Position numbers and translations under genes: made by a program
Shown here: positions 19,204-28,873 of the stretch, in pieces
Layout of the letters: the number at the start of each line of letters is the position of its first letter
How positions within the stretch are numbered: the first letter of the stretch is position 1
Notes under the pieces: generated by a model
What the model saw: only the letters and a program-made list of their open reading frames with translations
The model's database searches: none
What the model was told of the DNA's origin: nothing
Source of the DNA: a virus
Lineage: Duplodnaviria; Caudoviricetes
IMG/VR virus record: IMGVR_UViG_2663763243_000008
Coordinates: 1-64,000 of that record
DNA length: 64,000 nt
Strand: one strand, 5' to 3'

Positions 19204-20016
19204 TTAGCAGTCAGTCAACAGGGCACTGTCGCTGCCAGTTGAGCGCTCGCGCTGGGAAAAATTACGGTCTGTTTTACTGAGCGTGGTTTTCAACTCAGCA
19301 AGTTCTTGTTTGGTCGCATCGTTGGCGGTCTTTAGCTCAGAAAACCGCTGTTCCAGCGCAGTAAGGGCGGTAAATTTCCCCTCAACCTGCTGAGCCACCA
19401 ACTCAACCGCCTGATGCACATCGCTAAAACGGGCGTCATCACCGGTTTGCTTTTTGGTGAACATGGTTTTAATGGTGGTAAGCAGGTTGGTTTTCGATTC
19501 CTGCCCGGCTTCAAATTCCAGATTGATTTCGGTGGCTTCGGTAAAAATGGCGTCAGACTGACTTTTGCGTGATGCCAGCGGGCTATGTTCGCTTTGCGAA
19601 CAGAATGTCAGCATTTCAGCGCCTAATGAGGCAGGAGTGTCAGTAAAACCAATGCCGGTCAAATAGGCTTTGCCGGTATCCGCGAACTTCTCAATATACT
19701 CAATGCTGGAATAGACCTTTTGCCGCGCCTGACGCAGTTTCACCAAATCGTCAGTGGCATCCACCTGGACAAGCAGCGCTAATTTGCCTTTCAGTGGCCC
19801 GTCACTGATTTCTTCATATTTGGCCGCCGTGATATCGCCATAGGCGCGGAACTGGCTATCAGGTAAAACGCTCTTGATATGCTCCAGATTGGCACGCGAG
19901 CCACGAAATGCCGGGTTGTAGCTTTCGGCCATTTCAATAATGTGGGCGCGGGGAACATGGCGGCCATCACTGGTAGCTCCCTCCACCACGGCACGGAAAA
20001 ACTTAGATATTGGCAT
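19204..20016 (-). CDS. gpO: Capsid scaffolding protein/protease O
   Basis: SKFFRAVVEGATSDGR...NLEH...TDTPASLG; start at ATG 20016. Confidence 0.94.
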   Translation of the reverse strand: MPISKFFRAVVEGATSDGRHVPRAHIIEMAESYNPAFRGSRANLEHIKSVLPDSQFRAYGDITAAKYEEISDGPLKGKLALLVQVDATDDLVKLRQARQKVYSSIEYIEKFADTGKAYLTGIGFTDTPASLGAEMLTFCSQSEHSPLASRKSQSDAIFTEATEINLEFEAGQESKTNLLTTIKTMFTKKQTGDDARFSDVHQAVELVAQQVEGKFTALTALEQRFSELKTANDATKQELAELKTTLSKTDRNFSQRERSTGSDSALLTDC

Positions 20017-20091
20017 GTGATTGATTCCGGTCTGATTCGATAGTAGTGACCTATGTTGGCGACCGGCGACCAACGGAACAATCAGGCGCTG

Positions 20092-20111
20092 TTGTGCTAT
20101 GGCTGGCACAA
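20092..20111. promoter_or_regulatory. Ogr-binding site of divergent late promoters pO/pP
   Basis: TTGTGCTATGGCTGGCACAA = TGT-N12-ACA between O and P. Confidence 0.85.
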
Positions 20112-20184
20112 AGCGTAATGCGGGATGGGGGAGGTGCGGATAGGTAGCCTTGCTGCAATTAAGCAATAAAACAGGCTATTTCAC

Positions 20185-21948
20185 ATGGAAAGCGTTCTTA
20201 TCAATGCCGATTTAGACCCCCGCCGTCAAGCCATGTACCTCTATTGGCAAGGGCTGCGCATCGCCCGAATTGCGGAAATGATCGGTGAGAAAGCGGTCAC
20301 GGTACACAGTTGGAAGCGCCGCGACAAGTGGGACGCCTACGGGCCACTGGATCAGATGCAACTGACCACGGCAGCGGAATATTGCCGCCTGATCATGAAA
20401 CCTGTCAAGGAGGCCAAAGATTACAAAGAGATTGATCTGCTGGGCCGACAAGCCGAACGCCACGCCCGCATTGGTAAATACAATGATGGCGGCAATGAGG
20501 CCGATCTCAATCCCAATATTGAGAAGCGCAACAGCGGAACGCGCAAGGCTGCGCAGAAAAATGTATTCAGTGAGGCGCAGGTTGCCAAGCTGAAAGATAT
20601 TTTCAATGAATCCATGTTCGACTATCAACGTAACTGGTATGAAGCCGGTTTATCGCCTGATTTCCGTATTCGTAACTTGTTAAAATCTCGTCAGGTTGGC
20701 GCAACTTATTTCTTTTCTTGGGAAGCGCTGCTTGATGCGCTCGACACTGGCCGCAATCAGATGTTTGTGTCTGCCTCAAAAGCACAGGCGCACCAGTTTA
20801 AAAACTACATTGTCGCGGCTGCGCGCCAGGTGGATGTTGATTTGCGCGGTGAGGTAATTATTTTGCCTAATGGCGCGGAAATGCACTTTCTCGGTACCAA
20901 CGCCAGTACCGCACAGGGCCGCCCCGGCAATCTCTATCTGGATGAATATTTCTGGATACCTGGCTTTCAGAAGTTACGCCGCGCCGCATCCGGCATGGCC
21001 TCACAAAAAAGATACCGTTCTACCTATTTTTCTACGCCGTCCAGCACCTCGCATGAGGCTTACCCGTTCTGGGCTGGCACGCTGTTTAACAAAGGCAAAG
21101 CCAAAGATAAACGCATTGAAATTGATGTCAGTTATCCACGGCTGGCGGCTGGCCGGTTGTGTGAGGATAAGCAGTACCGCCAGATTGTCACCATTGAGGA
21201 TGCGCTGAAAGGTGGCTGCGACCTGTTTGATATTGATGAATTACGCAATGAAAACAGCGAGGAAGATTTCGAAAACCTGTTTATGTGCGGCTTTATTGAC
21301 GATAACGCCTCCACATTCAAATTGGCCGAAATGCAGCGCTGTATGGTCGATAGCTGGGAAAAATGGACAGACGTCAAACTGCTGGCGCTGCGCCCCTTTG
21401 GTGATCGTCCAGTGTGGATTGGCTACGACCCCGCCAGCACCGGCGATAGCGCCGGTTGTGCGGTGATTGCGCCGCCGGTAGTGGCGGGCGGTAAATTCAG
21501 GGTATTGGAGCGCCACCAGTGGAAAGGCATGGATTTTGCCGACCAGGCCAGCAATATCAAAAAAATTACTGAACGCTATAACGTCACTTATATCGGCATT
21601 GATGATACCGGTCTGGGCCGTTCCGTGACGCAATTAGTGCGGCAATTCTTCCCGGCGGTGAACGCCATTCACTACAGCTTAGAGATGAAAGCTGACCTGA
21701 TTTATAAGGCCAAAAATATTATTCAGGGCGGCCGTCTGGAGTTTGACGCGGGCTGCATTGATATCGCTACCGCGTTTATGTCGATCCGCAAAACCATGAC
21801 CGCCACCGGCCGCAATGCCACTTTTGTCACTGACCGCTCCAAAGACGTCAGTCACGGCGATGTGGCCTGGGCCATTATGCACGCCTTATTCCATGAGCCT
21901 CTTGAGGGCATTAACAGCAATAACACCAGTGTGATGGAGATATATTAA
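20185..21948 (+). CDS. gpP: Terminase ATPase subunit P
   Basis: LKSRQVGAT Walker A, LYLDEYFW Walker B, GYDPA nuclease motif, HGDVAWA. Confidence 0.96.
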   Translation: MESVLINADLDPRRQAMYLYWQGLRIARIAEMIGEKAVTVHSWKRRDKWDAYGPLDQMQLTTAAEYCRLIMKPVKEAKDYKEIDLLGRQAERHARIGKYNDGGNEADLNPNIEKRNSGTRKAAQKNVFSEAQVAKLKDIFNESMFDYQRNWYEAGLSPDFRIRNLLKSRQVGATYFFSWEALLDALDTGRNQMFVSASKAQAHQFKNYIVAAARQVDVDLRGEVIILPNGAEMHFLGTNASTAQGRPGNLYLDEYFWIPGFQKLRRAASGMASQKRYRSTYFSTPSSTSHEAYPFWAGTLFNKGKAKDKRIEIDVSYPRLAAGRLCEDKQYRQIVTIEDALKGGCDLFDIDELRNENSEEDFENLFMCGFIDDNASTFKLAEMQRCMVDSWEKWTDVKLLALRPFGDRPVWIGYDPASTGDSAGCAVIAPPVVAGGKFRVLERHQWKGMDFADQASNIKKITERYNVTYIGIDDTGLGRSVTQLVRQFFPAVNAIHYSLEMKADLIYKAKNIIQGGRLEFDAGCIDIATAFMSIRKTMTATGRNATFVTDRSKDVSHGDVAWAIMHALFHEPLEGINSNNTSVMEIY

Positions 21949-22988
21949 TGAGTAAACGCAACAGGAAAAGCCGCTCGGCCAAGGTGACAACAGCTATGGC
22001 GAGCAATAGCACCCCACAAGCCGAGGCGTTTACGTTTGACGACCCAACCCCGATGATGGATCAGCGCGATATTCTGGATTATCTGGAATGTGCAGTAATG
22101 GATCGCTGGTATGAGCCGCCGGTATCGTTCAATGGTCTGGCTAAGTCCTTTCGGGCGGCAGTGCATCATAGCTCACCTATCTATATGAAACGTAATGTAC
22201 TGGTTAGCCTGTTTGAGCCGCATCGGCTGCTATCCAAGCAGGATTTTAGCCGTTATGCGCTGGATTTTTTGGTGTTCGCCAACTCATTTTTAGAGGCCCG
22301 CTATAACCGGCTGGGCGGCATCATGAAACTGGTTCCCAGCCCAGCAAAATATACCCGCCGAGGTGTGGAGTCGGATACCTATTGGTATGTCTCATCCTAT
22401 GCCAATCCACACCCCTTTGAAGCCAACAGCGTTTTTCACCTGCTAGACCCGGACATTAATCAGGAGATGTACGGCGTTCCTGAATATCTCGCCTCGCTAA
22501 ATTCGACCTGGCTTAATGAAGCCGCCACGCTATTTCGCCGCAAATATTACCTGAATGGCAGTCACGCCGGATTTATTCTGTATATGAACGATGCCGCCCA
22601 TAAACAGGAGGATATTGACGCCTTACGCAAGGCGCTGAAAGAGTCCAAAGGGCCAGGCAATTTCCGTAATCTGTTTATGTATGCTCCAGCCGGTAAAAAG
22701 GACGGCATACAGGTGATCCCATTAGCAGAAGTGGCGGCGAAAGATGAGTTCGCCAGTATTAAGAATGTCACCCGCGACGACCAGCTCGCTATGCAACGGG
22801 TACCGCCGCAACTGATGGGCATTTTACCCAACAACACTGGCGGTTTTGGTGATGTAGAGAAAGCTGCGCGGGTGTTTGCTATTAACGAACTGGCCCCCTT
22901 GCAAGAGCGCCTGATGGAAATTAATGACTGGGTTGGGGAGGAAGTGGTGAGGTTCCGCCCCTATGATTTATTGGTTTCTGCGGGCTAA
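21948..22988 (+). CDS. gpQ: Portal protein Q
   Basis: WYEPPVS...HHSS...NQEMYGVPEY...KGPGNFRNLF. Confidence 0.96.
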   Translation: MSKRNRKSRSAKVTTAMASNSTPQAEAFTFDDPTPMMDQRDILDYLECAVMDRWYEPPVSFNGLAKSFRAAVHHSSPIYMKRNVLVSLFEPHRLLSKQDFSRYALDFLVFANSFLEARYNRLGGIMKLVPSPAKYTRRGVESDTYWYVSSYANPHPFEANSVFHLLDPDINQEMYGVPEYLASLNSTWLNEAATLFRRKYYLNGSHAGFILYMNDAAHKQEDIDALRKALKESKGPGNFRNLFMYAPAGKKDGIQVIPLAEVAAKDEFASIKNVTRDDQLAMQRVPPQLMGILPNNTGGFGDVEKAARVFAINELAPLQERLMEINDWVGEEVVRFRPYDLLVSAG

Positions 22989-23675
22989 CTAGTTCGGGGA
23001 TGTTTCAGCGCTATCTAGCTCTGTGCTGATAGGTGATTCATTCTCGATAGGGCTGTGAAGTTCATTGGGCTGGTTGTTGAAGTATTCGATGAATTTTTCA
23101 GCTATATTAATGCTGTTCCAAATAGATAAACTGCGAAATGCAATCGCAAGAAAGAGAAGTGATAAAAACACCCAAAGTATAATGCTTCCACTTTCATTAA
23201 TTAAAGTTAAGTTTGAGTAAGAAACATCTGCATTGGCTATTATTTTATTTTTGGTTATGAATGTGTAAGCAGTGACAAGTACAGAACAACTAATTAGATA
23301 TAAAACAACATAACTTGTTTTTTGGAATATCCTCTCTCTTTTAGATTCAAAACCCTTTGCATATACGGCGAAATTTTCATTGATTATATGGCAAGTTTTT
23401 AAATAACACCGTGCACTTTCAAAAAACGAGACAGATCTTGATGGATGTTGTGAGTTGAGTAATGAACAAATTTCATTAAATGTGACACCTTGCGCTCTTG
23501 TTAACCAGAAAAACAGTTTTTCAACCAGATATTTATTACATGGTTTTTTTTCATACTCAGAAATTAATTCGATGTCCAATTTGTATTTATCTTTCCACAC
23601 TGTGTGTCGATAAACAACAAAAGGTACAATAGTTCCTACAAGTACACCTAAAAGTGAAAAGAGTATTGATGCCAT
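22989..23675 (-). CDS. Membrane protein of unknown function (moron)
   Basis: AT-rich ORF, about three TM segments, convergent with Q; start chosen from AAGGA RBS (23684 also possible). Confidence 0.75.
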   Translation of the reverse strand: MASILFSLLGVLVGTIVPFVVYRHTVWKDKYKLDIELISEYEKKPCNKYLVEKLFFWLTRAQGVTFNEICSLLNSQHPSRSVSFFESARCYLKTCHIINENFAVYAKGFESKRERIFQKTSYVVLYLISCSVLVTAYTFITKNKIIANADVSYSNLTLINESGSIILWVFLSLLFLAIAFRSLSIWNSINIAEKFIEYFNNQPNELHSPIENESPISTELDSAETSPN

Positions 23676-23764
23676 TTGCAACATTCCTTTTAAAATAATA
23701 ATTGCCCAACATTTTATACTAAGTGTTCCCGAACGGCCTGTCACATCCCACGGATTTTACTTTC

Positions 23765-23811
23765 TGTGACATGTCACAAGGCTCTTGATTTTGTTTCTGT
23801 GCCATGTCACG
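23765..23811. repeat. TGTGACATGTCACA palindrome and adjacent variant
   Basis: Exact at 23765-23778, TGTGCCATGTCACG at 23798-23811, both preceded by TTTC. Confidence 0.85.
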
Positions 23812-24019
23812 ATTTTAAAAGAGCAAGCCGCAACGGCCACCTCGAAAGTCTGTGATAATTGCTCGAATTGTTTAGTAAACTTACTACCACAACCCTGCAA
23901 GTTCAAAGCGCAACAATCCGCATTATTCTATTCACCCCCCAATCATTATCTAAGCCGCGCCAACACTGGGTTTTAAGCCTCTTTCTAGCTGCATAAAAAC
24001 TGAATATTTAGTCATACAA

Positions 24020-24080
24020 AGCGCGGGTGGGGGGAGCGCGCGGAAAGAGGTGTGAGCGGTGCTTTAATCCTCCTCATATA
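24020..24080. other. Possible cos region
   Basis: GC-rich patch in the Q-A interval; minus strand ATGAGGAGGATTAAAGCAC only partly resembles the P2 cohesive end GGCGAGGCGGGGAAAGCAC. Confidence 0.3.
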
Positions 24081-24377
24081 TGCCCGAACCCTCCCCTGAA
24101 TGCATGTACGCCACTCTGTTCTTTTAGCTCGAAATGATTAGTGAGACGAAAATAAAAAAAACACTTCTATGTGTGGGGGATTTGGAGGGGAAATCGAATG
24201 GTTTTTTTGTTCTACCCAAATCTGACTGTCGTCTTTGTGCTGAAGCTGACTCTTTCTAGTTCACGTGATAATGTCAGACAGCACAACTCATATAAGGATT
24301 ACCAGTGAACATTAAATACAAGCTCACTGGCTGTTTTGCTAATGGAGCAAAGTCAGAAAATTACAATGAACATTCCT

Positions 24378-26063
24378 TCATTTTTGTAAATGATACCAAA
24401 GAGCAGGAGGAACTGGTGTTCTGAAATGTCGACAAGCTATAAAATCCAGAACTGTTAAACCAGCCTTTCCTGCACTTGATTCGGTGAAAAAATTATACCT
24501 ATCCATTTCTTTCAACTCATCCATTCTTGCTTGATAATCATTCATACTATCTGGGAATGTGATTGGAGCTTCTGTTTCACCTAAGACATATTGTGCTTGG
24601 TGAAAATATAGATGATGATAAAGATCATTAGTAGGGTGCCATAGTTGGGCGCACATCTTCGGATAAAATTCTTTTATTCCTTTCAGTAGTACATTATATC
24701 CATTTTCTTTTTTAAGGATGACTGCCCACCCCATTAAAGTAGGTATTATCCAAGATGTACTTGTTGTCTTTTCTATCAAATACTTGTCGTTATTATTGCA
24801 ATCTAAACAGATGAGATCATCAAGTGAGTCTGTTGATATAGGGTGATTTCGGCCAACTCTAAAAACAAAATCGAGTCTTGTAATCAATGTCTTGAACCAG
24901 TCTTCAGCTTTGTCCATTTTTTCTGTAAGGTATAAAAGCATAAAGGCTAGCGTAATATCAATTGCATTTTCATCGAGCCGAGGGGAGCCTGAGGCAGGAT
25001 TATTACTGATAAGCGAGCATAAGCTTTCAGCAACAATTTGAGCATTGCTAAATCTGGTTACTTGTTCTTCCCCTCCGGATTGTAGAGCGGTGATATAATT
25101 GTTTAGTCCAATGGTAGAAAGTATACCTATTTGTTCAAATATGGTTAGATTAATTAATGCACTTTCGGAAGAGTATGATGATAGAAGATATTTCTCATGA
25201 AAATATGGCTGAAGTTTTGAAAAGTATTCATTTGAGACATTAAGATAGCTCTGCCATAAAATTTCAATAGCTGGAAAATATCGATGTGGCTTTTTTTCGA
25301 GATTAATACGATGCCATACCCATAGTAAACATCGTTCCGATACATAAAGTGCTTGTTTGGTATTTCCATCTTGGATTGCCCAGTATGCCAGAATGTTGGT
25401 AGCGAGATAACAAGTTCGGATTGACTTTTCTAGATCAGAACTCTTTATTTCTCTAGTTTTTCTTCCTTTAATATCAAGTTGCAGTGTTCGAAGTAATAAA
25501 CGATGAAAATCCTCTCTTGAATAATCATTCTCACAAATTAATGATAATGACTTTCTTAAGTCAGTTCTGTCGTCGTCATTGAATATATGCTCATTTAGCA
25601 TGTACCCTTCAATAAGGGTTGCTAATTTTGCAGCGCCCCAGAAATCAAACGCATAAGGCTTATGGTCTTCAATATAACCTGACCAGCTTTGGCTCAACTC
25701 TTCTTTCATGTCACCACTGGTAGATAGTATGATCTTTTTAGGTAGTTTTTTATGCTCTGGCAATAAGTGATTCTTGATATAAACGTCAAAAATTTCATTT
25801 AAACTCGGCCTAATTGCATTTATCCCTGAATCCCATTCCACTCTGCCCAAATCTTTTTGTTTGATCACAAAGAGAAATATTTTCTTTACACCATCTTCTG
25901 GATCTTTGCCTATTGCGGCAATATCCACACCGTACTGCCTAGTGCCAGTTTGTGTTGTAAACAAGGGGATAATATCCATTGATAGCAATAAACTGGGCAG
26001 CAGTCTGTCAAGTTCATTTCTTTCTTTTAATGTTTTAATATATTGAGAAATTAAGATCTTCAT
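24378..26063 (-). CDS. Putative anti-phage protein with N-terminal PD-(D/E)xK/Mrr-like nuclease motif
   Basis: E..(QYGVDIAA)..(LFVIK) pattern followed by a long helical region; ATG overlaps upstream stop (ATGA); AT-rich; A-Q hotspot. Confidence 0.7.
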   Translation of the reverse strand: MKILISQYIKTLKERNELDRLLPSLLLSMDIIPLFTTQTGTRQYGVDIAAIGKDPEDGVKKIFLFVIKQKDLGRVEWDSGINAIRPSLNEIFDVYIKNHLLPEHKKLPKKIILSTSGDMKEELSQSWSGYIEDHKPYAFDFWGAAKLATLIEGYMLNEHIFNDDDRTDLRKSLSLICENDYSREDFHRLLLRTLQLDIKGRKTREIKSSDLEKSIRTCYLATNILAYWAIQDGNTKQALYVSERCLLWVWHRINLEKKPHRYFPAIEILWQSYLNVSNEYFSKLQPYFHEKYLLSSYSSESALINLTIFEQIGILSTIGLNNYITALQSGGEEQVTRFSNAQIVAESLCSLISNNPASGSPRLDENAIDITLAFMLLYLTEKMDKAEDWFKTLITRLDFVFRVGRNHPISTDSLDDLICLDCNNNDKYLIEKTTSTSWIIPTLMGWAVILKKENGYNVLLKGIKEFYPKMCAQLWHPTNDLYHHLYFHQAQYVLGETEAPITFPDSMNDYQARMDELKEMDRYNFFTESSAGKAGLTVLDFIACRHFRTPVPPALWYHLQK

Positions 26064-27970
26064 ACGACACCCTTTTTCGCGCATCTGAACTGAGCAATGC
26101 TGATATCATAACCAACATTATCCATTACATATCGTCGAGGTAGAGAATAACTACTAGAGAAATTTTGTAAATAAGATGGCTTACTGTAACCTTTATTGTT
26201 GAAGTCATCGTAGTAAAATGATCCAATGCCTGATTTTAATGTTATTTGAGATGCTATCTTAAATAAAAAAGATTCTTCCTTATGTAGATCGTTACTCCTT
26301 GTCATTACTTTATCTTTTTCCTTCTGAAAATTATGTACGAGCAATGAAGGGGGGGCAAATTCTTTTACTTTAGGAAGAGATGTGAATGAATAAAAATAGT
26401 TATCAATTTCAGTTAGCATTTCACTATATAATTTTATTAATTTGCTTTTTTGACCTTTAATACTATCTTGCCGTTTTTTTATTTCATGTCGTACATAACT
26501 AGGATAGTCAATCGCTATTTCATTTATAATCACATCTTTAACAAGACTATATGTTCTATTTCCTGCATTTTTTACCTTTAATAAAGAGAGTGTCAGCGAT
26601 GTTAACTGCGTCTCGTTTGAGATAAAGCCCAATAGTCTACGCACTAAGAAAATAATATCTTGCTGTGTGAAGTTGTTAATAGTCTCAATGCAGAACTCTA
26701 ATATATGTGTACTTTGGTGTACTAACAGGTACTTTGCTAGTATGCGCGAAAAAATGGTAGTTCCGATATTTTCATCAATCAATGTCAATGTGAATAATTT
26801 ATTAAGTAAATTAGGGTAATTTATTACAGTATAGATAAAGCTTTCAATTTTATTACTATCTTCTGATATTGAATTATTTCGCATCATTATAAAAATACAA
26901 TCAGTTAATAATTCATGTTTTGATTCATCTTTAGCTAAATGTGACAGTGTGTGGAAAATATTTCCACTTAAGGCATCATTATTAATTGAAGCTTTACAAA
27001 TACAAGATAACCAAAGTGAAAAATCACTATGGGAAGCTAATTGTCTTGTTATATATATTTTTAAGGATAGTACCTCTATTAGCTTTTGATTATTCGACTC
27101 TAGCAGTTTGCGAATAACAATACGAATTTCAGGTAGTTTCACCACACTATCTACGGCAGCTTGAATCGCCGCATCAGATATCTCTGGAATAGGGGACGAA
27201 ATAGTATTCTTGATAACCTTAACTATTTCACTGCTTCTGTATCGATTGCTGCTTTTTTCTACAATCCTACCAAGAATCCATAAGGACTGGGGAGACAGAA
27301 TATTATTATTTCTTTCTATGTCGCGGATCAAAATATCAATGGCTGTAGTGTGATTTTGTTTTTCTAGCGAGAACAAAGCAATGTTATAAAGTTGTAGAGT
27401 GTCTAGGTGTATATTAGAATGAATATTATTGATTATCTCATGGCATTTTTGTGTGGTATTAGACAATTTTTTTTCTAATGATGAGTATATTCCTATATAT
27501 TGATTTTTTCCTTTGTAAATAGCGGAAAAGAAATGAAACAGCTTTTGTATATCTATATTTTTTGTATGTTGTATAAACTGATCTGCTAGCGACGTAATTG
27601 CATAGGAATTACGTTCAGTCATGAGTAATGATTGCCATATGTCAAGTTTATCCTCATATAAGCTGAGGAATAAACCAGCAACTGTTGTATTTCCACCTAA
27701 AGTTTTTTCCCATATGCTAAACGCAGTCAGTATTATTATATTTTCTTCATTGACACAATCACTACCCATTTCTGAAAAGTAGTGATAGGCAACGTAATTA
27801 TCTCTATCATCATAAGATGAAAAGACTAATTTATCACCATTTAAACAATAACCATCTGATTTCTTGTTGAGAATCAACGAAAGCTCATGCTCTGCAAGTT
27901 GATATTCTAGGGCATCGATATTTGTCAAAAAAAGTTTATGAGCGATATTTTGAACAATACTATCTTTCAT
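26060..27970 (-). CDS. Large helical (HEAT/ARM-like) hypothetical protein, first gene of a putative defence operon
   Basis: 636 aa, Leu/Ile-rich, very AT-rich, GGGGGAGA RBS; no catalytic motif recognised. Confidence 0.7.
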   Translation of the reverse strand: MKDSIVQNIAHKLFLTNIDALEYQLAEHELSLILNKKSDGYCLNGDKLVFSSYDDRDNYVAYHYFSEMGSDCVNEENIIILTAFSIWEKTLGGNTTVAGLFLSLYEDKLDIWQSLLMTERNSYAITSLADQFIQHTKNIDIQKLFHFFSAIYKGKNQYIGIYSSLEKKLSNTTQKCHEIINNIHSNIHLDTLQLYNIALFSLEKQNHTTAIDILIRDIERNNNILSPQSLWILGRIVEKSSNRYRSSEIVKVIKNTISSPIPEISDAAIQAAVDSVVKLPEIRIVIRKLLESNNQKLIEVLSLKIYITRQLASHSDFSLWLSCICKASINNDALSGNIFHTLSHLAKDESKHELLTDCIFIMMRNNSISEDSNKIESFIYTVINYPNLLNKLFTLTLIDENIGTTIFSRILAKYLLVHQSTHILEFCIETINNFTQQDIIFLVRRLLGFISNETQLTSLTLSLLKVKNAGNRTYSLVKDVIINEIAIDYPSYVRHEIKKRQDSIKGQKSKLIKLYSEMLTEIDNYFYSFTSLPKVKEFAPPSLLVHNFQKEKDKVMTRSNDLHKEESFLFKIASQITLKSGIGSFYYDDFNNKGYSKPSYLQNFSSSYSLPRRYVMDNVGYDISIAQFRCAKKGVV

Positions 27971-28301
27971 TCTCCCCCCTTAGTGGAAGGTACTATGCCA
28001 AGATTCACTTGTATGCTTATAACAGAAAAAGCATTCTGACAAGCTCTATTAAATCAATATCTTTAATTTTAACATCATGCATTGATATGATCTGTGTACT
28101 GCAAAAGGAGGAACGATACTCAATGTAACGACTCACAAGGGAGATTATCTATCCCCACTCGTGTGGTAAGCCTGCTTCTTGCTTTAACCGACGACAAAAT
28201 TAATTTTAGTCCACCACATCTTTCCATCAGGCAAAGCAACAGTAAATACATTCAAAACCACAATAAAACATGTGCCTTCGTTTTATCTATTTATCAGTCA
28301 G

Positions 28302-28646
28302 CTAAATTGCATCCAACATCAACCTCTTATACCCCAATGTCTGCCAACACTCCGAATCCCCCTGCAAACAGCAACCAGCTTTATCACCTGGCAGCGTATC
28401 CCCGCACCGCTTACAGCTACTTTTCCTCAATTCGGCAAGTTGTTTATGCAGTTGCCTATTATCCTGGCGGATCAGGCTGGCTAAATACTCGGTCACCTCA
28501 TAAGGCTGGCGAGCAATGCGGCGCTGCTCGCATCCCTCCAGCACCATAGCCAATTCCTGTGCATCTAAACGCAGGGTAAGGGTAGTTATACCTAACTCTT
28601 TATCACGTTGGCGCTGAGCGCGTTTACGGTCACTTGCTGTCATCAT
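28302..28646 (-). CDS. Small protein with basic N-terminus, RHH-like core and C-terminal Cys cluster
   Basis: RKRAQRQR...PYEVTEY..LIRQD...CKRCGDTLPGD..GC...SECWQTLG; homologous to 50036-50389. Confidence 0.8.
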   Translation of the reverse strand: MMTASDRKRAQRQRDKELGITTLTLRLDAQELAMVLEGCEQRRIARQPYEVTEYLASLIRQDNRQLHKQLAELRKSSCKRCGDTLPGDKAGCCLQGDSECWQTLGYKRLMLDAI

Positions 28647-28873
28647 TTTTTATACCCCTGGCCTTTTTCCGCCAGCCCACGAATTGCTGGGCGGGCCAAT
28701 ATGATCCTCTGGCAAGCGTGAATCGCTCGGCAGAATTCATCACGCTCACAAGGATGTTCAATCGGAAGCAGTAAATATTGATTCCATGCATCACCCAGCA
28801 TTTGAGCCACTCGCTGTTCATCGACTGACAATGTGCAAATGGTGTCGGTGTAATTAATGTTGGTGACTGTCAC
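28643..28873 (-). CDS. Hypothetical phage protein
   Basis: Coupled between A and the next gene by overlaps. Confidence 0.7.
   Translation of the reverse strand: MTVTNINYTDTICTLSVDEQRVAQMLGDAWNQYLLLPIEHPCERDEFCRAIHACQRIILARPAIRGLAEKGQGYKK

Noticed and set aside
23765-23778. Palindrome as a CRP site or matS
   Set aside because: Spacer is 4 nt (CRP needs 6) and the GTGAC/GTCAC spacer is 2 nt (matS has 3)
28094-28549. 151-aa + strand ORF, or a LexA-controlled tum/SymE-like locus
   Set aside because: Overlaps the conserved minus-strand gene; CTGTGTACTGCAAAAG lacks the CAG half of an SOS box; no convincing protein similarity
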